From: a virus
IMG/VR virus record: IMGVR_UViG_3300028920_000011
Location: 1-46,885 of that record
Direction: 5' to 3' (one strand)
DNA: 46,885 nt
Part shown: positions 15,276 to 24,864 of the stretch, piece by piece
How the letters are laid out: each line of letters starts with the position of its first letter
How positions within the stretch are numbered: the stretch's first letter is position 1
Translations under genes and position numbers: made by a program
The notes under the pieces: model-generated
Seen by the model: only the letters and a program-made list of their open reading frames with translations
Told to the model about the DNA's origin: nothing
Database searches by the model: none

Positions 15276-16226
15276 ATGTCTGATAAGCCCAAATCCCAAA
15301 ATAAGGCCGACGATATCGTGGTGCGCGGTCTGTCTACTGTGGTCGAGGTGCGGTCTATTGACGAGGACACCCGCACAGCGGAGTTTGTGGCGGCCACAGA
15401 GAATGGCGTTGACACGTGGCAGGGCCGCGAGTTTCTGCGCATGTCGGGCGCCAACCTCAAACGGTTCAGGAAAAACCCCGTTGTGCTCGACGCGCACGAC
15501 CGATGGAGCACGCGGGCGGTTATCGGTGACGCCAAGCTGACATTGGCGGGCCGTGAATTGTTGGCATCCGTTCGTTTCGCGACGACGGCGCATGCAGACG
15601 AAATCTGGCAACTTGTGCGTGATGGTTTTGTGAGGGCGGTATCTGTTGGATTTATCCCAGACGCCAAGCAGACGGTCAGGCTCAAGGACGGCGAAAGCGA
15701 TGGCGAAGGTGAGGCGCGGATACAGGGACCCGCCACGGTGATCAAATCGTGGGAGTTGCTGGAAATATCCGTCGTGCCCGTACCGGCCGACGCGGACGCC
15801 ATACGCCGGATGTACTGTGGCCCGGAAGGCGACGAAGCGAAAGAGTATCACATCGAAGACGACGAAAGGGACAACGACATGGCAGAGAACGAACAGAAGG
15901 GCGAAGAGCCCGCCGCCGATGTCAAGGAAGAGAAGCGGGAACAACCCGTCGCCAAAACGTTGACGCCGGGCGAGATTGCCGCGCGCGACGAATTGGCCAG
16001 GGCCGCTACTATCCGCGAATTGGCCGGCGATGCCCTGCGCGATGTTGCCGAGGAATGCGTGCTGGGGCGCATGTCTATTGAGGACGCCTGCCAGCGGTTG
16101 CTCGAAGAGCACACGAAACGCGCCGCGGCGGTTGGCACCCCCGAACCAGAGCCCGTTCCGGGCGAGGCGGACGACAAACCCGAAATGACCGACGAGAAGG
16201 TCGAACGCGCCATTAGGTTGGCCTAA
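15276..16226 (+). CDS. HK97-family (S78) prohead protease with an acidic scaffold-like C-terminal extension.
   Basis: VLDAHD...AVIG...VRAVSVGF...WELLEISVVPVPADADA matches the S78 pattern. The C-terminal ~120 aa are E/K/A-rich. Confidence 0.8.
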   Translation: MSDKPKSQNKADDIVVRGLSTVVEVRSIDEDTRTAEFVAATENGVDTWQGREFLRMSGANLKRFRKNPVVLDAHDRWSTRAVIGDAKLTLAGRELLASVRFATTAHADEIWQLVRDGFVRAVSVGFIPDAKQTVRLKDGESDGEGEARIQGPATVIKSWELLEISVVPVPADADAIRRMYCGPEGDEAKEYHIEDDERDNDMAENEQKGEEPAADVKEEKREQPVAKTLTPGEIAARDELARAATIRELAGDALRDVAEECVLGRMSIEDACQRLLEEHTKRAAAVGTPEPEPVPGEADDKPEMTDEKVERAIRLA

Positions 16227-16246
16227 CCCACAGGAGACAGAATACC

Positions 16247-16906
16247 ATGGCGACTAATCACGTGCGATGGGTTGGCAACATTAACGGTGCCACTGAGCCC
16301 ATGACGTATAAGGGTCTGTTTCAGGCCGGTAGTACGGCCGCAGTCAAGCGAGGGGAACTCCTGGAATTCACCGGTGACAGCAATACCGCGTGGGTTCCTA
16401 TGGACTCCGACTTCGAGATGGACGGCAACGTGGCCGTTGCGGCCGAGGAAATCAAGGCGGGCGACCGGGCCGGGTACTATAACGTGTATATCCCGCGACC
16501 GGGCGACCTTTGGGAATACCCGCTTGCGTCGGCGGCGGCCACCGAATACGGCTCCGCGCTGTACTATTCGTCCTCAGAGGCCGTTACCACGTCGGGCACG
16601 TATGTGCTCGGGTATGCGGTTGGCCAGGAACACTATCCGGACCATCAAGGTCATCTTGCCGATGATGCCGGCGGCGATGCGGGTTCGACGGTGCGCAGCA
16701 CGTCTTATATTCGCATGACCATCAGACCCGAGGCGTCGTTGTACAGCAAGCTGGTAGGCAAAGCCAACCAGGTCAACGTTGGGGATAGTGGCGGATTCAG
16801 CGGGATGAAGTTTGGCGCGTCCGGCACGACCCTCGACTTTTACATTGACGGCACGAAGGTGGCGCATCTGGCCACTGACGGCTCGATGAATGACGATGTA
16901 ACCTAA
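16247..16906 (+). CDS. Putative head decoration or accessory capsid protein.
   Basis: The call rests on position between protease and capsid (as for lambda gpD) and an AGGAG RBS. No motif was recognised. Confidence 0.35.
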   Translation: MATNHVRWVGNINGATEPMTYKGLFQAGSTAAVKRGELLEFTGDSNTAWVPMDSDFEMDGNVAVAAEEIKAGDRAGYYNVYIPRPGDLWEYPLASAAATEYGSALYYSSSEAVTTSGTYVLGYAVGQEHYPDHQGHLADDAGGDAGSTVRSTSYIRMTIRPEASLYSKLVGKANQVNVGDSGGFSGMKFGASGTTLDFYIDGTKVAHLATDGSMNDDVT

Positions 16907-16946
16907 TCGGCAGTAAGCTAGCCTAGCATAACAGGAGACAAAGACG

Positions 16947-18167
16947 ATGCAAGAGCAGATGACAAAGAAGCGTCGCGGCGGGCTTGCTACCGGCCTGGAA
17001 ATTGGCCGGAACGATACTGCTGACGACCTCAAGAATTTGGCGGCCAGCGACCCCGAGGGATTCGCGCGCAAGACGACCGACTTGATTGAGCGCGGTGAAT
17101 TGACGTGGTCGGATATCCATAGCCTGCCCCGCCTGTTCGACCAGTTGGTCGATGTGAAGGTGCCGGTGCGCATGGAAGTGGCGGGCCATCAGCGGGCGCT
17201 TGAGTCCAGCGCGTTCCCGCTGATTTGCGGCGGGTTGACGATTGCGGGATTCATTTCCGCATACGATGCTGTGCCGACCATTGGCGAGCAGTTGGTGACG
17301 GAGACCCAGGACAACAAGAAGGTTTCCACGTATGCCGCCGCGTTGAGCGAAGACACGAACGTCGACCGGGTCGAGGAGGGGAAGGATTTTCCTGAAGTCG
17401 GTGCCGGCGAAGAGAAGGTTGAGATTCGGCACAAGCGGAACGGTCGGCGCATCAGCATCACGGGCGAGACGTTGGAAGAGAACGACGTGGCCGGGTTCGC
17501 TATGAAGGTCAACCAGTTGGGCGAGATTGCGGCCGAGTACGTCGAGGAACAGACGTTGAGCCGCGTGTGCGATGTGAGCGGTTCTGGCAGCTCGCCCGCC
17601 GAACCGTACGTGTACCGCCCTGCTGGTTCCGGTACGCAGTTGTATAACGCAACCGGCGATTATCCCGGAACGCGCGCGCCATCGGGTACGCGCCTCAATA
17701 CGAACACGCTCGTGGACGAGACGGACCTTGACAACGCCCGCGCGGTGTTGGCCGCGATGGAGAATTCGCGCGGCAAACGCATCAACATACCGATGAGCCA
17801 GTGCATTCTGCTGGTGCCCGACGCACTGGTGGGCACGGCGCTCAAGATTCGCAACAGCGAGTTGACGCCGGGCGTCATCAACGAATACAACGCATGGGGC
17901 CCGCGTGGCCCGTGGCAGCCGCAGGTTGTGAGCTCGCCCAAGCTGGACGACTTCTCTACCACGGCATGGTATTTGGGCGACTTCAAGCGGCAGTTTATCC
18001 GCAAATGGAAGCTGCGCATGGAGTACGTGACGTTGGGCATGGACACGGAAACGTTCCTCAAGAGCCGCGTAGCGTTCCAGGCGCGTATTGCTTGGGATAT
18101 GGAAGTCGGCGCGCTGGACTATGTGTATGTGGTTCAGTCCCTCGACTCCTCCACGGAGCCCTCGTAG
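16947..18167 (+). CDS. Major capsid protein (probably HK97 fold).
   Basis: 406 aa, AGGAG RBS, positioned after the protease and decoration genes, and followed by a strong stem-loop. The call is made from context. Confidence 0.65.
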   Translation: MQEQMTKKRRGGLATGLEIGRNDTADDLKNLAASDPEGFARKTTDLIERGELTWSDIHSLPRLFDQLVDVKVPVRMEVAGHQRALESSAFPLICGGLTIAGFISAYDAVPTIGEQLVTETQDNKKVSTYAAALSEDTNVDRVEEGKDFPEVGAGEEKVEIRHKRNGRRISITGETLEENDVAGFAMKVNQLGEIAAEYVEEQTLSRVCDVSGSGSSPAEPYVYRPAGSGTQLYNATGDYPGTRAPSGTRLNTNTLVDETDLDNARAVLAAMENSRGKRINIPMSQCILLVPDALVGTALKIRNSELTPGVINEYNAWGPRGPWQPQVVSSPKLDDFSTTAWYLGDFKRQFIRKWKLRMEYVTLGMDTETFLKSRVAFQARIAWDMEVGALDYVYVVQSLDSSTEPS

Positions 18168-18179
18168 GCCAAGACCATA

Positions 18180-18205
18180 GGGCGGGGGTGACGATGCCCC
18201 CGCCC
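18180..18205 (+). terminator. GC-rich stem-loop after the capsid gene (possible terminator or attenuator).
   Basis: GGGCGGGGG-tgacgatg-CCCCCGCCC, a 9-bp perfect stem. No U-tract follows. Confidence 0.4.
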
Positions 18206-18240
18206 GCCTCCCAACAATTGAAACAAGGAGTTGGAATAAG

Positions 18241-18975
18241 ATGAAAAAGCTAGTTGCATTGATTGCGCTGGCGTTGCTGTTTGCTCCCGTTGCTCTTGGG
18301 CAGGCGCGTGTTCCCGTGGCCGACGAGACGAGGAATCGCCTGACCAACCAGGTAATCGGAAACAAGGAGGACACGGCGGCAACGGCTGCGGCTAATACCG
18401 GCACACTGGTGGCATATGCTAAGGGAGCATTGTCACTTGCTGGCACAACTACCGATACTACCACAGATAGTGTCCACGGCAAAATCGGAACAGACACAGA
18501 AATGGCCGACAATAGCCTATGGGACATCCTTGTCCCGGCCGAATCTACCGGCATCACGGACGTGGATATCTCAGCGTTCGACTACCCAAACGACTATGTG
18601 GCCATCCTGACTATCACGCCCGCGGCGGGCCAGTGTTTGCTTGATGTGGCCATAGACCTAGACTGGAACAAAACCACCACGGGTTGGGACACCATCGCCA
18701 CGGCTGGCGATACGTTGGACGTGTGCGTCACGGGCAAAATCGATGGTACCAACCAACGCGGGCTGCTAAACGGGACACAGGTCACCGCAAACGGCAACGG
18801 CACGCTGGAGAACAACGAAGACGGCGAGCGGCTGGCTATTGGTATGGTTGGCGTAAACGAAACGGTAGTGGTGCGCGTCAAAATCGACAACGAGCGCGAC
18901 GACTGCGAGATTCCGTATCGCGTGACGTATCGAGGCGCAACGCCTACCATCACGCCGGTAGAGGCGGGCGCATAG
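18241..18975 (+). CDS. Protein with a Sec-type signal peptide, inside the head module.
   Basis: MKKLVALIALALLFAPVALGQA has a cleavable-signal pattern, followed by a Thr/Asp-rich region. AAGGAG RBS. Confidence 0.6.
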   Translation: MKKLVALIALALLFAPVALGQARVPVADETRNRLTNQVIGNKEDTAATAAANTGTLVAYAKGALSLAGTTTDTTTDSVHGKIGTDTEMADNSLWDILVPAESTGITDVDISAFDYPNDYVAILTITPAAGQCLLDVAIDLDWNKTTTGWDTIATAGDTLDVCVTGKIDGTNQRGLLNGTQVTANGNGTLENNEDGERLAIGMVGVNETVVVRVKIDNERDDCEIPYRVTYRGATPTITPVEAGA

Positions 18976-18978
18976 CAC

Positions 18979-19512
18979 GTGCATAAAGTAGCGATAGTGG
19001 GGCGGGGGTTGTCAACGCGCGACGATGCGCCGTTTGACGACCCCGCCTTTACTATTTGGGGCGTGACGGATATCGGGCGCGACATGATAGGCCGCAGGTT
19101 CGATGCGTTCTTCGAGTTGCACGACGAATCAGAAATTACTGAGGCGTCCATGCAATGGTATGCGCGCCAGACGAAACCCATCTACATGCAGGCGTACCGG
19201 AGCGATATCCAGGCCAGCATCACGTTCCCGTTGCCGTGTGTTGTCAAGATGTTTGGGCGGTATTTTACCAGTACGGTCGCCTACATGATAGCGATGGCAA
19301 TGTTACACGGGTGCGAAGACCTGCACCTATACGGCGTTGACATGGGGCGAGTCGGCAAGCGGCTAGCAACCCCCGACCCGTATGGGTATCAGCGGTCGTG
19401 CTGCGAATACCTGCTAGGATTCGCGCGCGGCCGTGGCGTTAACGTGTATGTCCCCGAAAAAAGCGCCCTGTTGAAAGCGCCGGCGCTATACGGCTACGAG
19501 GAGAAAGGATAG
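18979..19512 (+). CDS. Hypothetical protein with weak DUF115/GT42-like (sialyltransferase-type) pattern.
   Basis: GTG start. VAIVGRGLS sits near the N-terminus, and FTSTVAYMIAMAMLHGCEDLHLYGVDM resembles the Cst-II segment ITSGVYMCAVAIALGYKEIYLSGIDF. The comparison is from memory only. Confidence 0.3.
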   Translation: MHKVAIVGRGLSTRDDAPFDDPAFTIWGVTDIGRDMIGRRFDAFFELHDESEITEASMQWYARQTKPIYMQAYRSDIQASITFPLPCVVKMFGRYFTSTVAYMIAMAMLHGCEDLHLYGVDMGRVGKRLATPDPYGYQRSCCEYLLGFARGRGVNVYVPEKSALLKAPALYGYEEKG

Positions 19513-19518
19513 TCTACT

Positions 19519-19821
19519 ATGGCCGCACAGTATTATGACCCAACAGAAACCACCGCGCCGGTTGCAAACACCACGGCGGGGCTGTATACGTTTACGCCGC
19601 CATGCAGCCACGTGATTATCCGCAACCACAGCGGCGAGACCATCAACGTTGTGTTAAACACCACCACGGCGGCCAGTACGAGCGCATACGATTTTGCCAT
19701 CGCGAACAACGGACAGGTGACCGTGAACCCTGGTGATTATGGGATTGGCCCCATTAAATACGTGGGCGTATGGTTTCCGTCGGGTGCTACAGTAGGCAAT
19801 TTCAACATTCGGGGCATCTAG
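19519..19821 (+). CDS. Hypothetical protein (100 aa).
   Basis: Track ORF with an AAAGGA RBS. Confidence 0.6.
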   Translation: MAAQYYDPTETTAPVANTTAGLYTFTPPCSHVIIRNHSGETINVVLNTTTAASTSAYDFAIANNGQVTVNPGDYGIGPIKYVGVWFPSGATVGNFNIRGI

Positions 19822-19827
19822 TACACC

Positions 19828-20235
19828 ATGTCTGTGCAGACCCTAGCCGACCAGATGCATGGCGGCGCCGACCAGGACCCGTGGGCGCAGATTGGCGAGA
19901 CCATGGGACAGGCGATGACGTATACGCCCGAGTCGGGTGACCCGTCTACCGTGACGGGCACATTCACCGAAGACATGGACCTTACAGAAGAAACCAATGA
20001 TGGATGGGTGCGTGTTCGGCGCGGCACGGCGTTGGTTGCGGTAGACGATATTGCTAGTGTCGGTTCTGAGGGCGACCAGATGACGATTGGCGGCGCAACA
20101 TGGGACGTGGTGGGGCTTGGTATGGGCGGTAGTTATGCCGCAAATGGTATCGGCGGTCTGATGGCCATCAACGTGATACGCCGGACGTTCAACCGGAAGT
20201 CTGGCGCGCCGCGTATCCGCAGGAGTGGAGCATAG
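19828..20235 (+). CDS. Putative head-tail connector or head-closure protein.
   Basis: The call rests on size and position after the capsid module only. Confidence 0.3.
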   Translation: MSVQTLADQMHGGADQDPWAQIGETMGQAMTYTPESGDPSTVTGTFTEDMDLTEETNDGWVRVRRGTALVAVDDIASVGSEGDQMTIGGATWDVVGLGMGGSYAANGIGGLMAINVIRRTFNRKSGAPRIRRSGA

Positions 20236-20744
20236 TGGCAACGGTAACGGCTACAGGTCCCATCGGCAAACGGTGCCAAATGTTGGAGACGATGATAGCC
20301 GCATCGACCACATTTCAGTCATGGGTGGGCGTGAGCGGCGACGATGTGCCGGCCACGTCGGCATTGGCGCACATCCACATGCCGTGGTCAACGGCGACAA
20401 CTGCGCATGCTGTAATCACCCCCATTAGTGGGCACGGGCTGGTCAACGTTGGACGCGGTACCGCATGCACGGTTGCGCAGATGGCCGGGCCGGTGGTGGT
20501 TTTGTTTTGGGCGCCCATTGCAACCGCCTACGCATCAAGCGATGAGGACGGGTTACTCGATTTCTTGAATAAAGCCGAGGGTACCATGAAGGAGGCGGCC
20601 GCGTACAGCGGGAAAGACGGGTACGCCACCATTAGCTACATGGACCAGTATCTGCAAACCTATGCCGATGACGACGAGGCGGGAATAGGCAAGAGTTTCG
20701 AGATAGCGTATGCGGTTGACCTGGGCGAAATACGGACATTGTAG
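20235..20744 (+). CDS. Hypothetical virion-module protein (169 aa).
   Basis: The GTG start overlaps the upstream stop by 1 nt. Confidence 0.5.
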   Translation: MATVTATGPIGKRCQMLETMIAASTTFQSWVGVSGDDVPATSALAHIHMPWSTATTAHAVITPISGHGLVNVGRGTACTVAQMAGPVVVLFWAPIATAYASSDEDGLLDFLNKAEGTMKEAAAYSGKDGYATISYMDQYLQTYADDDEAGIGKSFEIAYAVDLGEIRTL

Positions 20745-20746
20745 GT

Positions 20747-21307
20747 ATGGCGCTTTTTACGGTACAGGTTGAGATTTCCAACGGCTTCACGGTGTGGCGC
20801 CGGTTCTGGAACCGTGGCCGCAAACGATGCCTAAAGGCCATTGGAGACTGGTGGGTATGGGAGTGTCTACCTAAACACTTCACCATGGCGGGCGCACAAG
20901 AATACAAATATGCCCCGCGTACCCCCGAGTATTGGGGCCGGTCGTTGCGCAACCGCAAGAAATGCGTCGATGCGAACCTTCCACTAGTGTACACCGGGAC
21001 AACCCGCCGGATGGTACGCGAGACCGCCAAGCCCAAGGTCTATGGCAGCGGCGTTACTATCAACATGCAGGTGCCGGGGTATATCAAGGCATCGGGCTAC
21101 AAAACCGGCCACGCGTACGAGACCACATCGTGGGGCAGTAAAGAGGCCGTCTCCGCGGCCAGCACGGGCGGCATACAACCAGACCTAGAGGCGGAACTGA
21201 CCGCCGTGTCAAAAAAAGAGCTTGAGCACATGGGCGAGATTTTCGCCGAAGAGTTGGCGCGCACATTCAAGCATATCGGGAAAGCCACAAAAAGGACGGT
21301 GCAATAA
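20747..21307 (+). CDS. Putative neck or tail-completion protein (HK97 gp10-like pattern).
   Basis: The LPKHF...YKYAPRT...PLVYTGTTRRM pattern and position support the call. Support is weak. Confidence 0.3.
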   Translation: MALFTVQVEISNGFTVWRRFWNRGRKRCLKAIGDWWVWECLPKHFTMAGAQEYKYAPRTPEYWGRSLRNRKKCVDANLPLVYTGTTRRMVRETAKPKVYGSGVTINMQVPGYIKASGYKTGHAYETTSWGSKEAVSAASTGGIQPDLEAELTAVSKKELEHMGEIFAEELARTFKHIGKATKRTVQ

Positions 21308-21522
21308 TGAGCGGCACAACGAACGGCAATGGTGCGCAGCGGATTGTATGGGTTGTTTTAGGCGCGTTCGTCGTGGCGGTGTTTTCGATGCACGTATTCT
21401 GGGCACGCAACGTAGGCAGTACGCAACGCGATTACGGTGAACGTATCCGAGCCAATGAGTGTCGCTACGAGGCGATTCAGGAATCACTCGTAGAAATCAA
21501 GCGGATGCTGCGCGAGAAATAA
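21307..21522 (+). CDS. Small single-pass membrane protein.
   Basis: TAATG coupling. TM segment IVWVVLGAFVVAVFSMHVFW. Confidence 0.55.
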   Translation: MSGTTNGNGAQRIVWVVLGAFVVAVFSMHVFWARNVGSTQRDYGERIRANECRYEAIQESLVEIKRMLREK

Positions 21523-21535
21523 CGGGAGCAGGAAC

Positions 21536-22453
21536 ATGGCAGACCTACACACACTGGCCGGGTTCAAAACCAACACCACCTACATTCACGGGTTACAGAG
21601 CCTGACCGCCTCCTATGGCACGAGGGAGGTGACGGCGGGCGGGGACGGCACGGTATACCCGACGTTTGCGGCCATTATGAGCCAGTCTCCGCGTTTGACG
21701 TGGAGTACGGTAGCCGTCAAGACGGCGCTGGATGCGATTGGGGTGACGGGCACGGCCATCACGAGTTCCGCAACGGGCGTGTTCTATTTCCGCAAAATTG
21801 ACGGGGATACGGGGTTGCCCGCCACGGGTAGCGTACATCGCACCGCAACGCTCAACATGGGCATGATTGTGCCAAGCCGCCTAACCATGTCACAGGGGTC
21901 TGTCGCAACCATCTCCTATGATGTGTATGTTGCCTACGACGGCAGCCATAATCCAATCATCCACGGCACGAGCGCAGCCCTGGAAACGGATGTCAACCTG
22001 AGTGCGGCGTTTACGCAGGGCACATTCGATTTGAACGGTAGCATCCTGGACGGCGTGCAATCCGTGACCATCGATTTCGGAATCAACGTGCAGCAGTTGT
22101 CTAGTGACGGCGATGTGTGGCCCACTAAACTACACGTCGCGTCTATTGCGCCCAACGTTCGCGTACAACTGACAGATAGCACGGCGAACATAGCAACATT
22201 GAGTGCGCTGGGTACCGGGTCGGCAAGCACAGATAGTGTTGCGTACTTGCAAAAACTCGACGATAACGGCAATCGCGTGGCCGCTGCCACGGAAGAGCAC
22301 ATCTCGTTCACGTTCGAGGACTGGTTAGCGGTTGCTGATACCGACGCGGCCAGCACGGGCGGCATCTATACCAGTTCTTTCCGGCTGATACCGGCCAAGG
22401 CGACCAACGCGATTATTGTCATTGACACCACGGCAGCCATGGCGACATCATAA
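21536..22453 (+). CDS. Putative major tail or tube protein.
   Basis: 305 aa, Thr/Ser/Ala-rich and beta-type in composition, with a GGGAG RBS. The call is made from context only. Confidence 0.3.
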   Translation: MADLHTLAGFKTNTTYIHGLQSLTASYGTREVTAGGDGTVYPTFAAIMSQSPRLTWSTVAVKTALDAIGVTGTAITSSATGVFYFRKIDGDTGLPATGSVHRTATLNMGMIVPSRLTMSQGSVATISYDVYVAYDGSHNPIIHGTSAALETDVNLSAAFTQGTFDLNGSILDGVQSVTIDFGINVQQLSSDGDVWPTKLHVASIAPNVRVQLTDSTANIATLSALGTGSASTDSVAYLQKLDDNGNRVAAATEEHISFTFEDWLAVADTDAASTGGIYTSSFRLIPAKATNAIIVIDTTAAMATS

Positions 22454-22474
22454 CACAGTAGGAGCGCCACAACA

Positions 22475-24055
22475 ATGGAACACGAGGGCGCACTAACCCG
22501 CATCACCGACGCCATGGTGCGTCTATTCAGTCCGCGCGCACAGGCGCGCCGGATGCATTTCCGGCGCATGGAATCCAGCGAAGAATACCGCAATGGTGTT
22601 TTTGCGCTCATGGGCGCCCGTGGTTATCGCGCCGCCGCAGACGGCAAAACCAAGACGACGTGGTTGGGTGGCGACGGCAGCGCCGACGCCGAAATCCTTG
22701 GCAACCTGCCCGCGTTACGCGCCAAATCCCGCGAGTTGAACCGGGACGATTCGGTTGGCAGCGGCATCACGGAAACGTTCGTCAACAACGTCGTAGGCAC
22801 GGGTCTGCGTCCGCAGGCGCGCACGGGCGATATGGACAAGGACCAGCGTATCGAATCTGTCTGGACTGAGCGTGCCGCGTCCCTGTCTCTGAGCGATGGC
22901 CTGACGTATCCCGAGACGCAGCGGATGGTGTTCCGTAAATGGTTCGAGGACGGCGACGCGATACGGAAAAACGTCAAGCGCCGACCTATGGACCCGATAT
23001 GGTTCGAGACCATCGAGGCAGAACGGTTGGCAACGCCCACCAAACGCAGTATGCCGCTTGTCAAGGCCGGCGAGAACGAAATCCGTGACGGCGTGGAGCG
23101 CGACGCGGCTGGTGTGCCGGTTGCCTACTGGATTATGAAACACCATCCGGGCGAGATATTCACGCCCGACAACCTGGAACGCGAGAAGTTTGTCCGCGTG
23201 CTGGCATCCGAGGTGCGTCACCTCAAGACTACAGAACGACCAGGCCAGACGCGCGGCGTGCCGGCGTTCCATGCCATTCTACAGGATGTGCGTGACCTTG
23301 ATTTGCTTCTGTTGGCGTCGTTGAAGCGGGTACAGATTGCTGCATGTTTGGCCGTCATCCTGGAAAGCCCCGAGGACACCCAAGACGTTTTCGACGTGAC
23401 GGCGCAAAAGTATGGGTTGCAACTCGACCAGAAACTAGAGCCGGGGATGATGTTCAAAACATACCCCGGCGAGCAAGCCAAGACGCTCATCCCCAACTTC
23501 CCCACGCCGGAGCTAGCCCCGTTTATCATTGTGTTAGCTAGGCGCATCGGAGCGGCACTTGGTGTGTGTTGGCAGATGGTACTGAAAGATTTCAGCGATT
23601 CGACGTATTCCAGCGCACGCACCGACCTACTAGAATCTCGCATCACGTTCCTGGTGCGCCGGTCGGTGCTGGTTGAGAAGATCCTGACGCCTGAATGGGT
23701 GGCCGTGATGCAGGATGCTAGGCTGCGCGGTGATACGCGGTTGCGTGGCGTCACGGACGACGATATTAGAAAGGTCCAATGGATAGCGCCAGGATGGAAA
23801 TGGGTTGACCCGCAGAAAGAGGCGTTGGCGACTAAAGTCAGTCTACAGTTGGGCATCACGACGCAACGGGACGTTTGCGCGGCCAACGGCGAGGACTGGG
23901 AAGAGGTGATGCGCCAGCGGTTGGTCGAGGAAAAGCGCGAAGACGAAATCCGCCAAGAGTTGGGCTTGCGCCCGCGCGTACAGCCGCAGCCGGTCAAGGA
24001 CAAGGACCTGATTGAACCCGACGACCCGAAACCGCAAAAGGTAGCGAAAAAATGA
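22475..24055 (+). CDS. Portal protein, lambda (gpB) family.
   Basis: YRAAADGKTKTTWLGGDGSADAEILGNLPALRAKSRELNRDDSVGSGITETFVNNVVGTGLRPQA matches the conserved N-terminal signature of lambda-type portals. Size is 526 aa. Confidence 0.8.
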   Translation: MEHEGALTRITDAMVRLFSPRAQARRMHFRRMESSEEYRNGVFALMGARGYRAAADGKTKTTWLGGDGSADAEILGNLPALRAKSRELNRDDSVGSGITETFVNNVVGTGLRPQARTGDMDKDQRIESVWTERAASLSLSDGLTYPETQRMVFRKWFEDGDAIRKNVKRRPMDPIWFETIEAERLATPTKRSMPLVKAGENEIRDGVERDAAGVPVAYWIMKHHPGEIFTPDNLEREKFVRVLASEVRHLKTTERPGQTRGVPAFHAILQDVRDLDLLLLASLKRVQIAACLAVILESPEDTQDVFDVTAQKYGLQLDQKLEPGMMFKTYPGEQAKTLIPNFPTPELAPFIIVLARRIGAALGVCWQMVLKDFSDSTYSSARTDLLESRITFLVRRSVLVEKILTPEWVAVMQDARLRGDTRLRGVTDDDIRKVQWIAPGWKWVDPQKEALATKVSLQLGITTQRDVCAANGEDWEEVMRQRLVEEKREDEIRQELGLRPRVQPQPVKDKDLIEPDDPKPQKVAKK

Positions 24056-24783
24056 GCGGATTCCTGTATTTCGTGCCCGGCAAAACCGCCGGCGGGCAGG
24101 TAGACCTCGCCGAGCTGGGGCTCGACGGCGTATTCCCTCCCGGCAAGGCGCCCGCGGGTGCGTGCATGGAAGGGCCCGGCGGCGACCGTGGTTGGCTGAT
24201 GGCGATTGCCCCAAAACAATTTGAGGACTTTCGCTACTCGCCAAACGCCCAGGAGTGGCATCGTGCTATGGGCGGCGCCTTTTGGGTCGGTTGGGATAAG
24301 CAGGACAAACCCAAACCGGCTAATTTGCAGCGTGAGCGGTTACTGGACGGGCACCCCATCATCCTCGCCGACGGAAACTCGTGGCAAATCCCCGTTGCGA
24401 GGCTGGCGGGCATGACGACGGGGTATGTGTTGCCTAAAGTCATGGGCCTGGACGAGGACGGCAACCCGGCAGAAACCGTCGAATCCCGATACCAGATGCT
24501 TGCCGAGGCGGCGGATATCGTCTATTCCGCCCAGCATGGCGACGGCGGTACGGTCCTGCCCTACGAGGAGGTCGAGCGCATTGCGGTGGGGGCCCTATCG
24601 GCCAACTATCGCATAGGACGATGGGGTATCCGCGCCCTCGGCATCCTGACCACGGAGAATATGAAGGATATTTTGCTGTGGTTGATAGACTGGCCGACGT
24701 TGAAACGGTTTCAGGCCGAGCTGGCTGCGCAGGCAGCGCAAAAAAAAAATGATGCCACGGAACCCGAGACGGCTACGGTATGA
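24052..24783 (+). CDS. Hypothetical protein (243 aa) with an A10 tract near its 3' end.
   Basis: ATGA coupling to the portal gene. A10 lies at 24740..24749. The +1 frame stays open to 24865. Confidence 0.6.
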   Translation: MSGFLYFVPGKTAGGQVDLAELGLDGVFPPGKAPAGACMEGPGGDRGWLMAIAPKQFEDFRYSPNAQEWHRAMGGAFWVGWDKQDKPKPANLQRERLLDGHPIILADGNSWQIPVARLAGMTTGYVLPKVMGLDEDGNPAETVESRYQMLAEAADIVYSAQHGDGGTVLPYEEVERIAVGALSANYRIGRWGIRALGILTTENMKDILLWLIDWPTLKRFQAELAAQAAQKKNDATEPETATV

Positions 24784-24864
24784 GTTGTGGGCCATGGGCA
24801 GACTACCACAACACACGCCCACCTATGCCGACCTGGAATGGTTCCGCACGGACATGAATAGATA

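Noticed and set aside
16923-18557. 544-aa minus-strand ORF, the longest antisense ORF in the track.
   Set aside because: It lies antisense to the capsid gene and its neighbours. It translates to Arg/Ala/Leu-rich low-information sequence, which is typical of GC-rich antisense frames. It has no RBS and breaks the operon logic. The same reasoning applies to 15255..16112-, 15080..15802-, 23218..24261-, 12041..12865-, 30919..31584-, 4626..5768+, 35809..36513- and 45547..46257+.
22994-23004. GGTTCGAGACC, a T-loop-like string that might mark another tRNA.
   Set aside because: It lies inside the portal coding frame and has no acceptor or anticodon arms around it.
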